A DNA stretch of 64,000 nt from Eledone cirrhosa (GCA_964016885.1 OZ024740.1:180916001-180980000), one strand, 5' to 3'; shown: positions 13,102-27,250, counted from the stretch's first letter. Notes: generated from the sequence alone by a model not told the origin. Numbers and translations are program-made.

Positions 13102-13342
13102 GGAATTACAGTGGGAATGTTAAAGGTTTTTGAAAGAAACATATATTTAAATAAGTACGATGGCATGGATACATAACTACAAAGTACTCACCACATTAAA
13201 TAGACCTGTGTTTCCATCTAAGAATTAATATGTTTATTTCTTCTAATTCCAACTCTCTTCTATCTTTCTATTTCATGTTTAATTACTTATTCTTGCTTCA
13301 TATGAAGAAGTTGCATCCGAAACATTAAGACACACACACACA

Positions 13343-13440
<98 letters not shown>

Positions 13441-13442
13441 TT

Positions 13443-13740
13443 GCTTTTAAGCGCGCCCGCAACCTCCGCGAACACCTGGTTCGCAGATCCTGTCCATCCT
13501 CTCCCACGACTCCACCCGGCTCTTATCCTGTTTCCAGTACCCGCTGCAAAAATTGTCCCTTTATTTCCACCCTCACCACTCTTAGAGGCCCTAACGGGTC
13601 TTTCCGTATCCGATATTCTTTCACCTGCACATCCACCTACTTTATCTATGCCCTTCGGTGTTCCCATTGCGGGTCTTTATGCCGGACCGATTTGCCGAAC
13701 ATTTGAGGGACATCTTCCATTATCACACCCCTAGATTCCT
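13443..13740 (+). pseudogene. Neptune-like PLE fragment: Cys linker and start of GIY-YIG
   Basis: Unlisted frame: AFKRARNLREHLVR..RCKNCPFI..FTCTSTYFIYALRCSHCG..RFAEHLRDI. Confidence 0.82.
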
Positions 13741-13908
13741 ATCGCTTTCTCTTGATCATTAGCATCTTCTCTAACAACTAATACATGCCGATACACACCT
13801 TTGTAGCAACATACTTTTGCTCATATCTTCGTACTTACATGCGCACACATTCTTTTAATCACATGTATACACACATTTCTTCTTAGCTTCGTATGAACAT
13901 ATAATAAC

Positions 13909-14006
<98 letters not shown>

Positions 14007-14431
14007 CAAGAATAGCTCTTTTTATAAAACGTTTTTTTTTTCCATTTCAGATAGACGCGCTACATCATCCACTTTTCTAAAAAAACAAATCATTCACGAA
14101 AGGCCAGGTTCAACAGTTTTGCAAGAGATGTCAACATGAATGGACCTGTTATTTTTATCTAAAGACATCTTTTCCAATTCCATCCCACCCATCTCCTCAA
14201 TCTATTTTATTTCTCATCCTTAACGTGCGAAACGTTAAGACCCTCTTCCTGCTATATCAAGCGTTAACCTAATATATCCCTTCTATATACTGTACCGATT
14301 ATATTATTTCTGGTTGCCTTTTACATATATATATATATATATATATATATGTAAAAGTCAAACGATATGTCCCAAGGCTCTGATACCATCAACACTATAA
14401 ACACAGAGCTGGCATATCTAAGAACTGTCTA

Positions 14432-14487
14432 ACTGCCTGATGAGGTCATAGCCATTCGATGGCTATCATCGAAATATATATAGCAGT
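14432..14487 (+). ncRNA. Apparently intact minimal hammerhead ribozyme
   Basis: actgc-CTGATGA-ggtcatagccat-tcg-atggctatcatc-GAAA-tatatat-A-gcagt; predicted cut after 14482. Confidence 0.9.
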
Positions 14488-14529
14488 AAATAAAGGATTA
14501 TGAGTTCATGCAATTGACTTATGTTTTCG

Positions 14530-14566
<37 letters not shown>

Positions 14567-14729
14567 ATACTTGGCGAGGGTCATATTTGCGTAATATTGC
14601 CAGAATTAATAATATATATATATATAAATTAATTATATATATATATATATAAATTATGCATGAGAGGAGGGGCTGTTTGGTTACTGATAAAGGGTGTTAG
14701 AAGGTAAGGAGACACAAACAAGAGGTGGA

Positions 14730-15320
14730 CAGTCTTCTTTCGTCAGTAGTTAACTACGGATCACAGATGTTTTGGCGCATTATATACAATACATCCATCC
14801 GTAGCGCACCCATATTATTTTATCTATCAAAAGACCATGAGGGAGAGAAAGAAATAAAGAAAGAGAGGAGAAAACAAGTAAAAAGGGTAAAAAGGGAAAC
14901 AAATAATAATCTCTCTTTCTATCCCTCTCACACACCCCCTTCTGCCTTCTACAACCTCTCGCGTCCGTTCCCTCCATCTTTCTGCTGCGCTTTTGCTCAG
15001 GACAGACGTGGAATACCTGGCTGCCTTATTATGACCCCGGGCTTAAATCCAAAAGCTTTTTTTTTAACTTGATCTCTATTCTCTCGGTTACCTGCTTAAA
15101 TGTACCATAGTCCCCTGTCCCCCCCTTCTATCGATATATTTATATTTTTCCATTTTCTTTTTTTCCTTTCTTCCCTCTTTCTTCTTTTCTTTCTCTCCCT
15201 CATGGTATGTTGGTAGATAAAAGGCTATGGGCGCGCTAAGGATAGATCTATAGTTTATAATGAGCCGAATCAACCATAATCCGTAATTAACTACTGACGA
15301 AGGGAGACAGTCCTTCTCTT
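14730..15320. repeat. Diverged inverted repeat (14730-14900 vs 15140-15320) carrying partial CTGACGA cores
   Basis: aactactgacgaa on both strands; flanked by (TA)n. Confidence 0.75.
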
Positions 15321-15321
15321 G

Positions 15322-15433
<112 letters not shown>

Positions 15434-17673
15434 TTTCTGTCTGTGTCTGTGTGTGTATCTATATATGATAGGCCCAAACATAGTTCTTATTTCAATGGAA
15501 TAATGATGACGTTGAGTGCATTCTTCAAACAAGTATTTCATGATATCGCTTCCGGAAAGCAGGACCGTGCACTACCATAGTATGATTTGAACTTTCGGTG
15601 ATAGTAGACATATTCAACGTAATGCATGATATTCTTTCTAACTCTCCACCAGTTACACGGCCGATTCCCCTTGCACACATCAGAATAAATGCAAACTAAA
15701 TATACATAATTTGACTAATATCGAAATCTTTTGACGTGTGGTGTTTTCGTGAAAGTATTTGCTTTAGAATCAAAACAACTTTCAATTTCGCTCCAAAACA
15801 CTCTCACATACTCAGAAAATGCGCCCACGCACACGTACTAACACAAACACACATACCCCCCCCCCCCCCCCAACACACACACACATACACATGTATATAT
15901 AATATATCGCAATAAAAATGTATTTCCTATTTTTATGTGATATGAAATGCGAAGTAATTTAAAATAGACTTTTTAGAATGTATAGATAATTATCTGAGAG
16001 ACCTCAAAAGACATCAAATCTAAATCCGAGTAAAATGTTGATATCGCATCTAAAATAACTCTATTAAACTATTAAACTTTAGACGAACCATGAAGTTAAT
16101 ATCTCATATTTCAAGGATGATATGGCTGGACAATATAGACTGTCCATATAAAATGCTTTATAGTTAACGAGAAATATCTTCATACTGATTTGGAACATGT
16201 CTTTGCTTTAGTAACATGTTTAAAGTTTCTGTTGAGAACAATTAATTTAATGTATGTTTTGAAATAATTGCTTGGATCCTTTAGTTTGTATCAGTGTGCC
16301 ACATAATATGAATACGTGTCCGAGCACAACGACGAACATATACCCCTGATCTAATGAAAATATACCAGTTATACATTAGAAAATATACCAGTTATACAAC
16401 TGTTCCTAAGAAATATGATATAGAATCTAATCTGGTTGCTAAATGTAACGACATAATTCATTGAGAGGAAAAACAATCAACCAACGTTGTTTTGCAATGC
16501 ACATAGAATACAGGGATCACATTTATTCTTCAATCTGTCTTCTATTATATACAAAGGCCAAAAAAAAAAAAGCTGGTTTTATCAAAGCTTCATTCGGCTG
16601 GTAGTCAACTAAAATAGTGAAGGAAGGACTATCCACTTTCTGTGGGTTCATAAACTAGCTTCCATAGTTAATTAAAAGAACAGTGATGACTTTGCAATTG
16701 ATCAAATTGCTAAACCTTCAAGTCCAGTATACATAAGGAATTTTGAAATCATGGATATATATTCTCTTGTCAATTTTGTCGCAGTCTAAATAGAAGGTAA
16801 TGTTTCTTCCTTCGTGCCTATAGGGTGTATAGTTCTTGATATCCTTGTGCAAGCGATTCAAAATGTTAATGTTGCAACGTGATATACAATTGATGGTCTA
16901 CACACCATGTGCAGTTACATGAAGAATACTCGTCTCATTTGGCCTTCTACTGCAGTGATTCAGCAAATCATTCCAAATTTCCGAAATATCCTCATATAAG
17001 TGACATGAGGTTAAGGGCATATTTAGAAAACGTTTGCTTATTACTTATATGAGGTTCAACTACAACGCAAAATACCTCCGTTCTTTAATGCATTCCAATG
17101 CAGGACGAATATGTGACGCATTGTTGAACGAATATTCTGTGTACCCAAATTAGGGTTTCGGAATATTCACTTTCTTACGTGTTGCCCACAGAACATTTCT
17201 AATGTGGGCTATGCTTAGAAGGTAATTCATTCTGTGCCTATTGAATTGATGTTTGTTTAGTATTCTATATTAGCAGAAGCACCTTCGTAATATTCTATGA
17301 TAGTGGCAACAATCGCGCCCTCTATTATGCTCACTGGATATATTTATTTCCAAGCCTGAGATATGAACTTTAAATCATTGGGATAATGTATTCGCGCGTT
17401 CATGCATTGTAACTCGACTTCACGAATAATAATTACAGATCACAACATTAAAGTGTTGTCTAATGACTCATGATGACATCTATAAGCTATGTTCGTCTAG
17501 TCGAAAATTATTATTAACGACTCATTAAAATAATACATTTGTTACAGTAGACAACTTCTATGGGTGACGGAATAAAAGATTTCAGAACATTTTCCCGTGT
17601 TTAAAAATATGTGAGATATAAAAATGAAAATAATAATAATCGTAGTTGTAAAAAGAATAACAACATAAACTAA

Positions 17674-17747
<74 letters not shown>

Positions 17748-18848
17748 TATTTATCATTATTTATTTATTTATCTATTTATTTATTTATACATTTAAAATT
17801 AATAATATAATAAAGGTGAGATCATTCTATAAAATAAAACCAAATAAAATAAAAAAGTTAAAAGTCGAAACTAAAAACAAAATATAAATATTAATGAGTT
17901 TTAAAAATATCTAAAATCACAATGGAAGTTAATATCTCAATTGTTTTTACACAAGAATAGGTTTGTTCAAATGTATTTATATTAAGTTGCCGTGTCTTTG
18001 TAATATTTGTTGGCAATTTATGCAAATCTATACTACACAAAAATTATTCGAGCAATATTCTTAATGAAATAGTTTAGCTCATATTTCAAACCTAAAATAT
18101 AATAAAAAACCGGAGGATGAACAAAGAAATTATGTGTCATAAAACATGAAAGAAGTGATTTTGTTTTGATTTATGGTGAATTTCTTTCATTATTTATATC
18201 AAGCTTACACATACACGTCGATAAACAAACAAATGGAAAGAGAAAGACACATATATGGAAAACGAAAACGGAACAACGCACACATACACATTGACTGGGA
18301 GGTCCTTTATGTCACTCTATGGATGAGTCAACTCTAAGTTTCATTCGTTCTTCAGTTTAACACAGATATTATCTCATCTAATTCCAGTTTATGACCATGT
18401 GATGATAATATATCAACAGGCAATTTAATAATATATATATAATCAGTTGATTTAATCTAAAAATATGGCTGGAATTCTTTAATCGTCGTCCACACAAATC
18501 AATGTTTTCACAAGAAATGGTCTAGGCCTGACTAACATTTAATTCTATCCTGTTATATGCCATCTCTCTACATACAAGATGCCCAAACACAATTGTCTTT
18601 GTTAGAATTATATCCCTTACGTATAGAGATATGAACTATAAATTATTTAATTAATTGAGATCTTTAAAGAATTCCCTACCCTTATCTATAGAACATTCGT
18701 AATTATCAATATTCTCTCCGGAAGTAGGTAACTGAAATACAGTATGGTAAACTGGAGTATTTCAGTAATGCCATTAATGCTCTAGACACTTCAATATGTT
18801 ATACCACATTTACACACATACACAGACACACACACACAAACACACACA

Positions 18849-18991
<143 letters not shown>

Positions 18992-18992
18992 G

Positions 18993-19184
18993 TAAGTATG
19001 TATGTATGTATGTATACGTACATACAAATATGTATAAAGACATACAGTAGTATGTATATATATACATACACACATATATATATGCACGTATCGGTTTACC
19101 GAACATTTATTATAATGCTCGGTTTGTTTGTAAACAAACAAACAGCCCGAATTACGCCGTACAGTGTTTAGGGAACCACGTTCC

Positions 19185-19185
<1 letters not shown>
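18993..19185 (-). mobile_element. Fragment of the 421-nt HHR unit family
   Basis: rc matches 30255-30435. Confidence 0.8.
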
Positions 19186-19260
<75 letters not shown>

Positions 19261-19264
<4 letters not shown>

Positions 19265-19632
19265 TATTTTGCAATACACAGTATGCTTAATTAAAAGCAT
19301 TTTGAAGACCTTACGCTATTGTTTTAAAGTAGTGACTATGTCACTTACTTCTATTTTCAGCAAACAAGGGGAGACAAGCTGACGGAGCTCTGTTTCCTAC
19401 TGTTGGTACTTATCAAACAGTACCAACAGTACGATAAGTACCAACAGTACGAAACAGAGCTCTGCAAGCTTATCTCCCCTTGTTTGCTGATAATAGAAGT
19501 AAGTGACTTAGTTACTACTTTAAAACAATAGCGTAAGGTCTTCAAAATGCTTTCAATTAAACATACTGTGTATTGCTAAATACACTATGTATACATTCAT
19601 ATACATCGCTATTTCAGAGCACCACTTCTAAT
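19261..19632. repeat. Palindrome of family C whose inversion point lies inside the hammerhead core
   Basis: 19261-19414 is the rc of 19433-19587; arms start gataa-gtac-caaca-gtac-GAAA-cagagctctg; (TA)n on both sides. Confidence 0.92.
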
Positions 19633-19633
19633 T

Positions 19634-19768
<135 letters not shown>

Positions 19769-20770
19769 CTGTGTATAAATGTGGTATATATATATATATA
19801 TATGGGTATGTATGTGTGTGTCAGTGTGTGTCTGTGTCTTATTGTGTGGGCGTTCGCATGTGTATGTCCTCGTGTGTGTATATATATTATATCAGGTCGC
19901 TCGTCAGTACTATTAGTAACATGTAACCCAGTATAACTTGAGTATGGTCGGGTCATCGGTGACTAACCCGGCAACAGCACCAAGTTTGTTACATGAAGTG
20001 GGTGATTCTGGTCACACTACGGGATGATAAACAAAACACGTCAAAGTGCGGAGGCACTCAGGAAAGCCAACGGCCATCCAATATTTTGGGGGTGGATGGA
20101 GAGCAGTGGAATGAGAGACCCCTAATCGTCATTAATACATCTCTCTAGGTGAACGTCAATAGTATAAAACCTCCGATTTCATTTACATCCGATGATGTAG
20201 ACTAGTTCTAATTTTTGGGTAAATGCATTCGAAATTCAGAGAGTGGGATTGGCTTGGTGAAAAGACTTACCTTCTTTATAAAATCATCAATCACAACCAT
20301 GGCTTCATATGTGATATATTTTGCGTTGCATGACATGGTCAGCGTTGTGCTATGGATCGATAGTAAAAGGATCTGACTCGGCAGCTATCCAAGGGGGTTG
20401 CAGCCTGGGTCCACATGTCGCCCTGCTACTCCGAGTCCCTAGTAACAGTGAAAGGCCACTTCCATGCTGCTCGTGCTAAAGTATCAAGCGATTGCATAGC
20501 ATTACTCGAAACCGTGTTGCAGCATTTATATATATGTGTGTGAGTTTGTGAGTGTGAGTATGTGCCCCTGTGTGTCTGTGTGTGGTCCACGTGCGTGCGT
20601 GTGTGCAAAAAAGAAACAGATAAAACAGCAAATGGCAGAGTGCAATTAACAAATCTATTTTCAGTTTTACGCATGTTATAGTAGGAAAAGTATCTTAAGG
20701 TTTCGGACGCTAGTCTTTTATCAGAAAATAGAATGAGGAATTATGGAGGAAATAGAAAGAGATGACTAGA

Positions 20771-20837
<67 letters not shown>

Positions 20838-21103
20838 CGCGCGCGTGTGTGTGTATACAAGTGTTTCTATACAAGTGCGTGTGTGTGAATCCTGGGTTTT
20901 ATTGGCGGTCACCTTAGATTGTAAGTTACTCAATGCATTAGTAGATTGTAAACATGAAGTTTAATATAAAATGGTTTCTACATGACTACAAACGATGATT
21001 CCTTATGAGTGAAGCAGTTATAGTCCTGTAGCAGCCATTTCCACATTACACTCCTATATAAGAAACCATTATTGTAAGATATCTCGGTAGATATATCTAG
21101 ATA

Positions 21104-21298
21104 GGGGCGGTGGATTGGCAGTATCGGTAGAGGGTCGGACGCCATGCTTTCCAGCATAGTTACGTCCCTTTACGATATGAGTTCAAATCCCGCCGAGGTT
21201 GACTTTGCCTTTCATCCTTACGGGGTCGATAAAATAAAGTACCAGTAATGCACTGGTTGTGATTGCTGGCCTTGTGCCTAAAGTAGAAACAATTATTG
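21104..21298 (+). mobile_element. Full-length tRNA-derived SINE with a probable 18-bp TSD
   Basis: A/B boxes and core; attattgtaagatatctc at 21068 and 21292. Confidence 0.93.
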
Positions 21299-21439
21299 TA
21301 AGATATCTCATTGATCAATTTTACACGAGAAATTAAAGTCGTTGCGTGCAGATGTATGTGTGCAGAAACTGTTTCATTGTCGACGCAACATCTTTTACAT
21401 CGTGTAAAATTGATCAATGAGATATCTTACAATAATGGC

Positions 21440-21633
21440 TTCTGATATAGGCACAAGGCCAGCAATTTTGAAGGAAAGGGAAAGTCGATTAAATCGATCC
21501 CAGTGCGTGGCTGATACTTTATTTTATCAACCCCATATAGATGAAAGTAAATTTAACCTCAGTTAAAACTCGGATCATGCTTTGCTACAAAGCATGGGGT
21601 CCGACCCTCTACCGATACTGCTAATCCACCGCC
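21440..21633 (-). mobile_element. SINE, variant subfamily with a longer 3' part
   Basis: rc head gggcggtggattagcagtatcggtagagg; extra gatcgatttaatcgactttccc segment. Confidence 0.88.
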
Positions 21634-21879
21634 CTAATCTTATAAATAACAATATTATTATTGCCCGAGTGAAAAAAAATATCTAACATGCTTGTCTGAA
21701 AGAAAGGGAACAATTTTATATTATCGTGCTTTAACAAAAATTACACGGCAAACAGGACATGTCTTTGAAACAGGACACAATCTAACGATATTTTTCCTAG
21801 CTTCCCGCATTTTCAGTTCAAATCTTCCCACTTGGCATTCCCTTTTTCATAATCTATATAACACAGAACCTTATCCTGA

Positions 21880-22500
21880 TGTTAAATTAACGTAATGCGT
21901 ACGGCATCGAGCATCGTACAACAAATTTCATGTAATTGGTTTGAAACTTAGTATTTGAAGTTCTTGAGTGTTATACTCAACTCCTCACCCACTTAAATTT
22001 GATCGCACTTTTACGTAAACTCTGATTTTTCCTTACAAGTATAAAACTTCGTTGATATTACGGCTTCAGTCAGTTCATCCGGTAAAATCATTGCAAATTG
22101 TTGCTTGCTCACTTTAATACTTTACTCAATCAACAATATTCCCATTTTAATCATTTCAATATATACAGACTTGGAGCTGATTGTACAATTGGTGTAGATT
22201 TCCAAGTATCTCAATTACAATGCCTGCTGGTTCTGGACTTAAGCATATTGTTACTGAATGAGACACTTTCTGCAGTTTAGCGAACATATTGGGAAAGATT
22301 TATTGAACAATCGTTAGAGTTATTAGAATGTAAGATAAACATTTCTGTGACTCTCTGATCTGATCCAAATATTGCCGTATTCAACGTTGTCTTTCTCATT
22401 CACGGTGAAAGGCAAGGATATAGTTGCATAAAGTAACACAGGAAAGGAGGAGGTTTAGATCATTTGGACCATTAGAGCATCTATGGATATTACTTGTAAT
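21880..22500 (-). pseudogene. Possible highly decayed Ty3/Gypsy pol remnant
   Basis: Weak motifs on the minus strand: PVLL..SLPFTVNEK, LRKSAIKFKW, LLYDA. Confidence 0.25.
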
Positions 22501-23397
22501 ATTTATTCCATATTTCAATGCTTTGAGTTTAAAACTCGCTGCAGTCTACTTCGGTGGCAAGCTTAATCCATTACAGGGTTATTTATCAACTAAACATTTG
22601 GCACCTTTAGCGGCGTTCATTCTATGTCCACAATTTGGGCCAGTTTTCCCGTTTGTGAATCCGCATCTTCTTTCTAAGAATTTAGAGACTAAAAATGAAG
22701 ATGAGTACGTTCAGTTCTCCTTGACTGAACAACAGAAAATCAACCCCAAAACGTGATCATAAAATATATTGTACTCAATAAATACCTGAAATATATTGAA
22801 ATAACCTGTAGTCACACACGAGATAATGCTGATGGAAATAAACACCTCATCTAAACTTATATACTGCATTCTTATTTTCACGTGTATATATCATTGTCTC
22901 TTCCCTATATCTTGCCCCCCCCCTCTCTCTCTCTCTCTGTGAATATCTTTGTCGCGCACATATACTGTTTCTCTATTTATATAAGATATTCACAAATAAG
23001 AGTTTCTTCATACCACTCTTTATTCTTTTACATTCTTTTATTTTCTTGCTGTCAGGAAAGGCACTCACGTTGCGACAAAATAACACATCATTTAGACAAA
23101 TTGATCAGCTGCAATTTATAAATATTTATAGTTTTATATCTATGGTTTATGTTATATAGCACTATACTACTAATACACACTACCACTGAATCATAGAGAC
23201 TATAGTTATTCTGGAAAATGTCCAGATTTCGGCGTTTTCTTTCGCTAAGATCTTTCCCATAATTTCAATTGTTGTCTTTGTTAAATATTTATCTTATTGG
23301 TTTTGTTCCTTCTAACTTTTCAAATCATTTTATCATGATTACTAATTTATCATAATCAATAATTTTCCATTATCAACATGTGAACGTGTTTCTCTAA

Positions 23398-23525
23398 CAC
23401 TACTGCTGCTGCTGCTGCTGCTGCTGCTCCTCCTCTTCCTCTTCCTTCTCCACCTCATCATCATCATGCTACTACTACTACTACTGCTACTACTACTACT
23501 ACTACTACTACTACTGCTGCTACTG

Positions 23526-23556
<31 letters not shown>
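23398..23556. repeat. Compound trinucleotide microsatellite (CTG/CTC/ATC/CTA)n
   Basis: Direct inspection. Confidence 0.95.
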
Positions 23557-23591
<35 letters not shown>

Positions 23592-23861
23592 CATACTTAT
23601 ATATGATTTTGTGTGTGTGGGTGCCTATGTGTGTGTGTATATGCGTGTGTGTTTAAATGAGGTACATGAGGCTTTGCTGAATAGGTATTTCTATCATTCT
23701 TGCTTCTTTTTCTGATGTACATTAACTGATGCAGTTGAGATATAAAACCAATTATGTCGCAACTGAAGACAAAATTAGAAACTAATTTGTTTACCTCTTT
23801 CGCTTCTTCCCTCTTTATAACTCTCATCAATCTATCTCCATAAATCTCCAACCCTTCTGTA

Positions 23862-23898
<37 letters not shown>

Positions 23899-23961
23899 AT
23901 ATATAAATGCATGTGTGTGGCTATATATATATACATGTTTATGTTACCGCGGTCGGGTTTT

Positions 23962-24009
<48 letters not shown>

Positions 24010-24024
24010 TACATATATATATAT

Positions 24025-24102
<78 letters not shown>

Positions 24103-24757
24103 GTGTAATGGTGTCATTCTATATATTGGTATAATGTATATGTGTTACCCTCAATGATTTTCTTCGTTCCTCTGTTTAGTAATATATATCTACTATTTTC
24201 CGTTGCTATCCGGAATCTAACAGACTAAGACAAGGATGAAGTATAATACACATTTCTAAAATATTTATGTAAAAGTATGTGTAAAATAGAATGTTTCAAA
24301 CTTTTGCATTGCACTAAATTATTAATCCGTTTGTCACCTTTAAGTTTAGAAAAAAAATATTTTGAGTTTTTTTCACTTTAGTTTCTATTATTTCTCATTT
24401 CCTCGCTAGCTTGTGTGTATATTAGTATACCTCTCTCACCCTTACCCGTTCTTTTAAATGGAATTTGTTTCTACTATCTGTTCAAGTGAGAGCTCTTCAC
24501 GTTATTCGATGACACGTAACCCCCGCATACCCTTCGGCAATCTCATATTAGCATTGCCTATGGCATGTTTCAATCGAGATAAAGTACATCCTGAATAAAA
24601 TGTCACAACTATCCGATTGCCGATATTATATTCTGAATGACAACTGGCAACACACAAACAAAAACACACACACGCACATAGGCACACACATATATATATA
24701 TGTATATGACTGTTTGAATATATATATATATATACACATATGTGTGTGTGTGTAATA

Positions 24758-24844
<87 letters not shown>

Positions 24845-24899
24845 TATATATATATATATCTTTAACACCCTCTTATATATATATATATATATATATATA

Positions 24900-24970
24900 T
24901 ACAACCAGAGGTATATGACTTTTAAAGCGATGAAATACCAATGAAGGTTGGAAGATCACTGATGAAGGAC

Positions 24971-24975
<5 letters not shown>
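24900..24975 (+). mobile_element. pLTR fragment truncated just after CTGATGA; relatives at 48300-48435 (+) and 49398-49470 (-)
   Basis: Shared aatgaaggttggaagatcaCTGATGAagga. Confidence 0.75.
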
Positions 24976-25008
<33 letters not shown>

Positions 25009-25471
25009 TATGTATACGTACATACATATATGTATACAGACGTACAGTAGTATGTATATATATATACATACATGCACACATATATATATCTGTGCATGTA
25101 TATATATATATATATATACATACTACTGTACGTCTGTACATATTCAAATCAGCAAACAGCGAAAGACGCCTTCCGGACTTGTCCGACAGACAACCTTTTC
25201 CCCCACCCCGGAAAAAAACCCCAGTTGATAGATGTGAATCCGAAATATATAGGGACTATTAAATCTCTCCCAAGGTAACTCTCTCTTGTGTTGTTATTTT
25301 TATTTTTATCCTTTTACTCTTCCCTCCATTCTACACATCTCACACATCTTATACACACCACGCATCTCAACGTACACCCACTTACATCTCTCTCTCCACC
25401 ACCGGACCTTGTTACCCGGAGATTTACCCATTTGCATTGTCGAGGCTTCCAAACGACTTATAGATATTTAT

Positions 25472-25584
25472 ATATATACATACTACTGTACCTCTGAATA
25501 CATATATGTATGTACGTATACATACTTGTATTTAAGTAACAGCCGTACTAAGAGTGCGAAATGAAATTTCGTTTCATTTTTTCC

Positions 25585-25682
<98 letters not shown>

Positions 25683-25740
25683 ATAAACGTAAAAAATGAT
25701 CGAAATTTCGTTTCGCACTCTTAGTACGGCTGTTACTTAT
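25472..25740. repeat. Tail of the 421-nt unit with an inverted copy across a (TA)n centre
   Basis: taagtaacagccgtactaagagtgcgaaa at 25532, rc at 25711-25739; further pieces at 25005-25145. Confidence 0.88.
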
Positions 25741-25853
25741 GGTCTTTACTTATGCTTATGGCTGTTACTTGTGTTCTTCTAACTGTTTTTAATTAAACAT
25801 ACGCTATATTGCCAAATATACTATACATACAATTATATATATATATATATGTG

Positions 25854-25888
<35 letters not shown>

Positions 25889-25928
25889 TCGTGTGATTGC
25901 CTGTGTGTATGTGTGTGTGTGCCACACC

Positions 25929-26016
<88 letters not shown>

Positions 26017-26019
<3 letters not shown>

Positions 26020-26334
26020 GTATGTATAGTATATTTGGCAATATAGCGTATGTTTAACTAAAAACAGTTAGAAGACCATACGCAATCTGTTTTCAGGCAG
26101 TGACTATGTCACTTATTTATTTTCTGCGAAAGAAGGGAGAGAGATTCATAGTTTGTTTCACGCTGGTTGGCGTTCATCAGAACCCCGCACTTCTCAGCTT
26201 CCGCCGAAAATTATAGAAGCTGGATTTTTATAGAATTCCAGTAATAATCAAGAGCTGATTATACAGAGCGATTGCCGGTTCAGCACAAATTAAGAATTAG
26301 GATTGGTGCTCTGAAATAGCAATGTATACATGAA
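26017..26334 (-). mobile_element. Family C ~316-nt non-coding monomer with one hammerhead (retrozyme-like)
   Basis: Its start sequence follows its end sequence in the copies at 19590-19632 and 26640-26686; HHR at 26141-26186. Confidence 0.8.
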
Positions 26335-26337
26335 AAT

Positions 26338-26682
26338 CAGTAAGTTTCATAGTCACTACATAAAAACTGATAGCGTATGGTATTCTAAATGTATTTAATT
26401 AAACATACTGTATATTGCCAAATATACTATACATACATTCATATATACAGCTTCTATAATTTTCGGCGGAAGCAGGGGAGTGCGTGGATCTGATGAACGC
26501 CGACATGCGTGAAACAGACTATCAATCTCTCTCCCTTCTTTCTCCGAAATTAAGTGAGATAGTCTCTACTTTAAAACTGATAGCGTATGGTCTTGTAAAT
26601 GTTTTTAATTAAATATACTGTATATTGCCAAATATATTATACATACATTCATGTATACATCGGTATTTCAAAGCAGCAATCC

Positions 26683-26686
<4 letters not shown>
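26338..26686 (+). mobile_element. Family C partial tandem (210-nt period, internally deleted)
   Basis: actgatagcgtatgg at 26366 and 26576; HHR lies between them. Confidence 0.82.
26484..26529 (+). ncRNA. Minimal hammerhead (family C)
   Basis: CTGATGA-acgc-cgacat-gcgt-GAAA-cagactat-C-aatctc; the minus copy has stem I ggggtt/aatctc. Confidence 0.8.
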
Positions 26687-26751
<65 letters not shown>

Positions 26752-26759
26752 CCCCCCCC

Positions 26760-26791
<32 letters not shown>

Positions 26792-26812
26792 AAATATATA
26801 TATATATATATA

Positions 26813-27087
26813 TAACGAAAGAAATGTGGTAGGGAACCAGGTGGACCATAAGCACCAAAGTACTCAATACCTAGGGTAGTAGAGTGGGTAATAGGAACGA
26901 GTAGGGCCCCGACGGCTGAGCTCAAGCCGTTTCGACGGCTAATTCTGGACTTAATATATATATATATCGGGATCCCTGCCGTCGGTGTCCTGACTCTTTT
27001 CCTATTACCCACTCTACTACCCTAAGTATCGAGTACTCTGGTGCGTTATGGTCCAACTCGTTCCTTACCACAGTTTCTTCACTACAT
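26813..27087. repeat. Inverted repeat around (TA)n; same family at 48518-48660 and 59520-59610
   Basis: ttcctattacccactctactaccctaagtat motif on both strands. Confidence 0.88.
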
Positions 27088-27250
27088 AATTATATATATA
27101 TCCGTTATTGGGTTTCTCAATAAACACTTGCATAAGCAGGATTGAGCACTTGACGTAATATAAATTTACCGTTATATCATCACGCAAGTATGTGTTCGAT
27201 GGAGTTTGACATAGTAATGCATACGTTGAAATTTCACGACTTTATATTTC

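Noticed and set aside
15500-18780. Repeat-poor stretches (also 27.3-29.2, 40.5-42.8 and 55-59.4 kb) as coding or conserved DNA
   Set aside because: No long ORF or motif recognisable by eye; possibly ancient TE decay, but unsupported without a search
19900-20100. Possible HDV-like ribozyme or RTE 5' end (gggtcatcggtgactaaccc)
   Set aside because: No P1/P2 partners found upstream
23790-23860. Candidate minus-strand host exon (EGLEIYGDRLMRVIKREEAKE); a similar candidate at 50200-50250
   Set aside because: Weak splice donors, no recognisable domain, no supporting neighbouring exons
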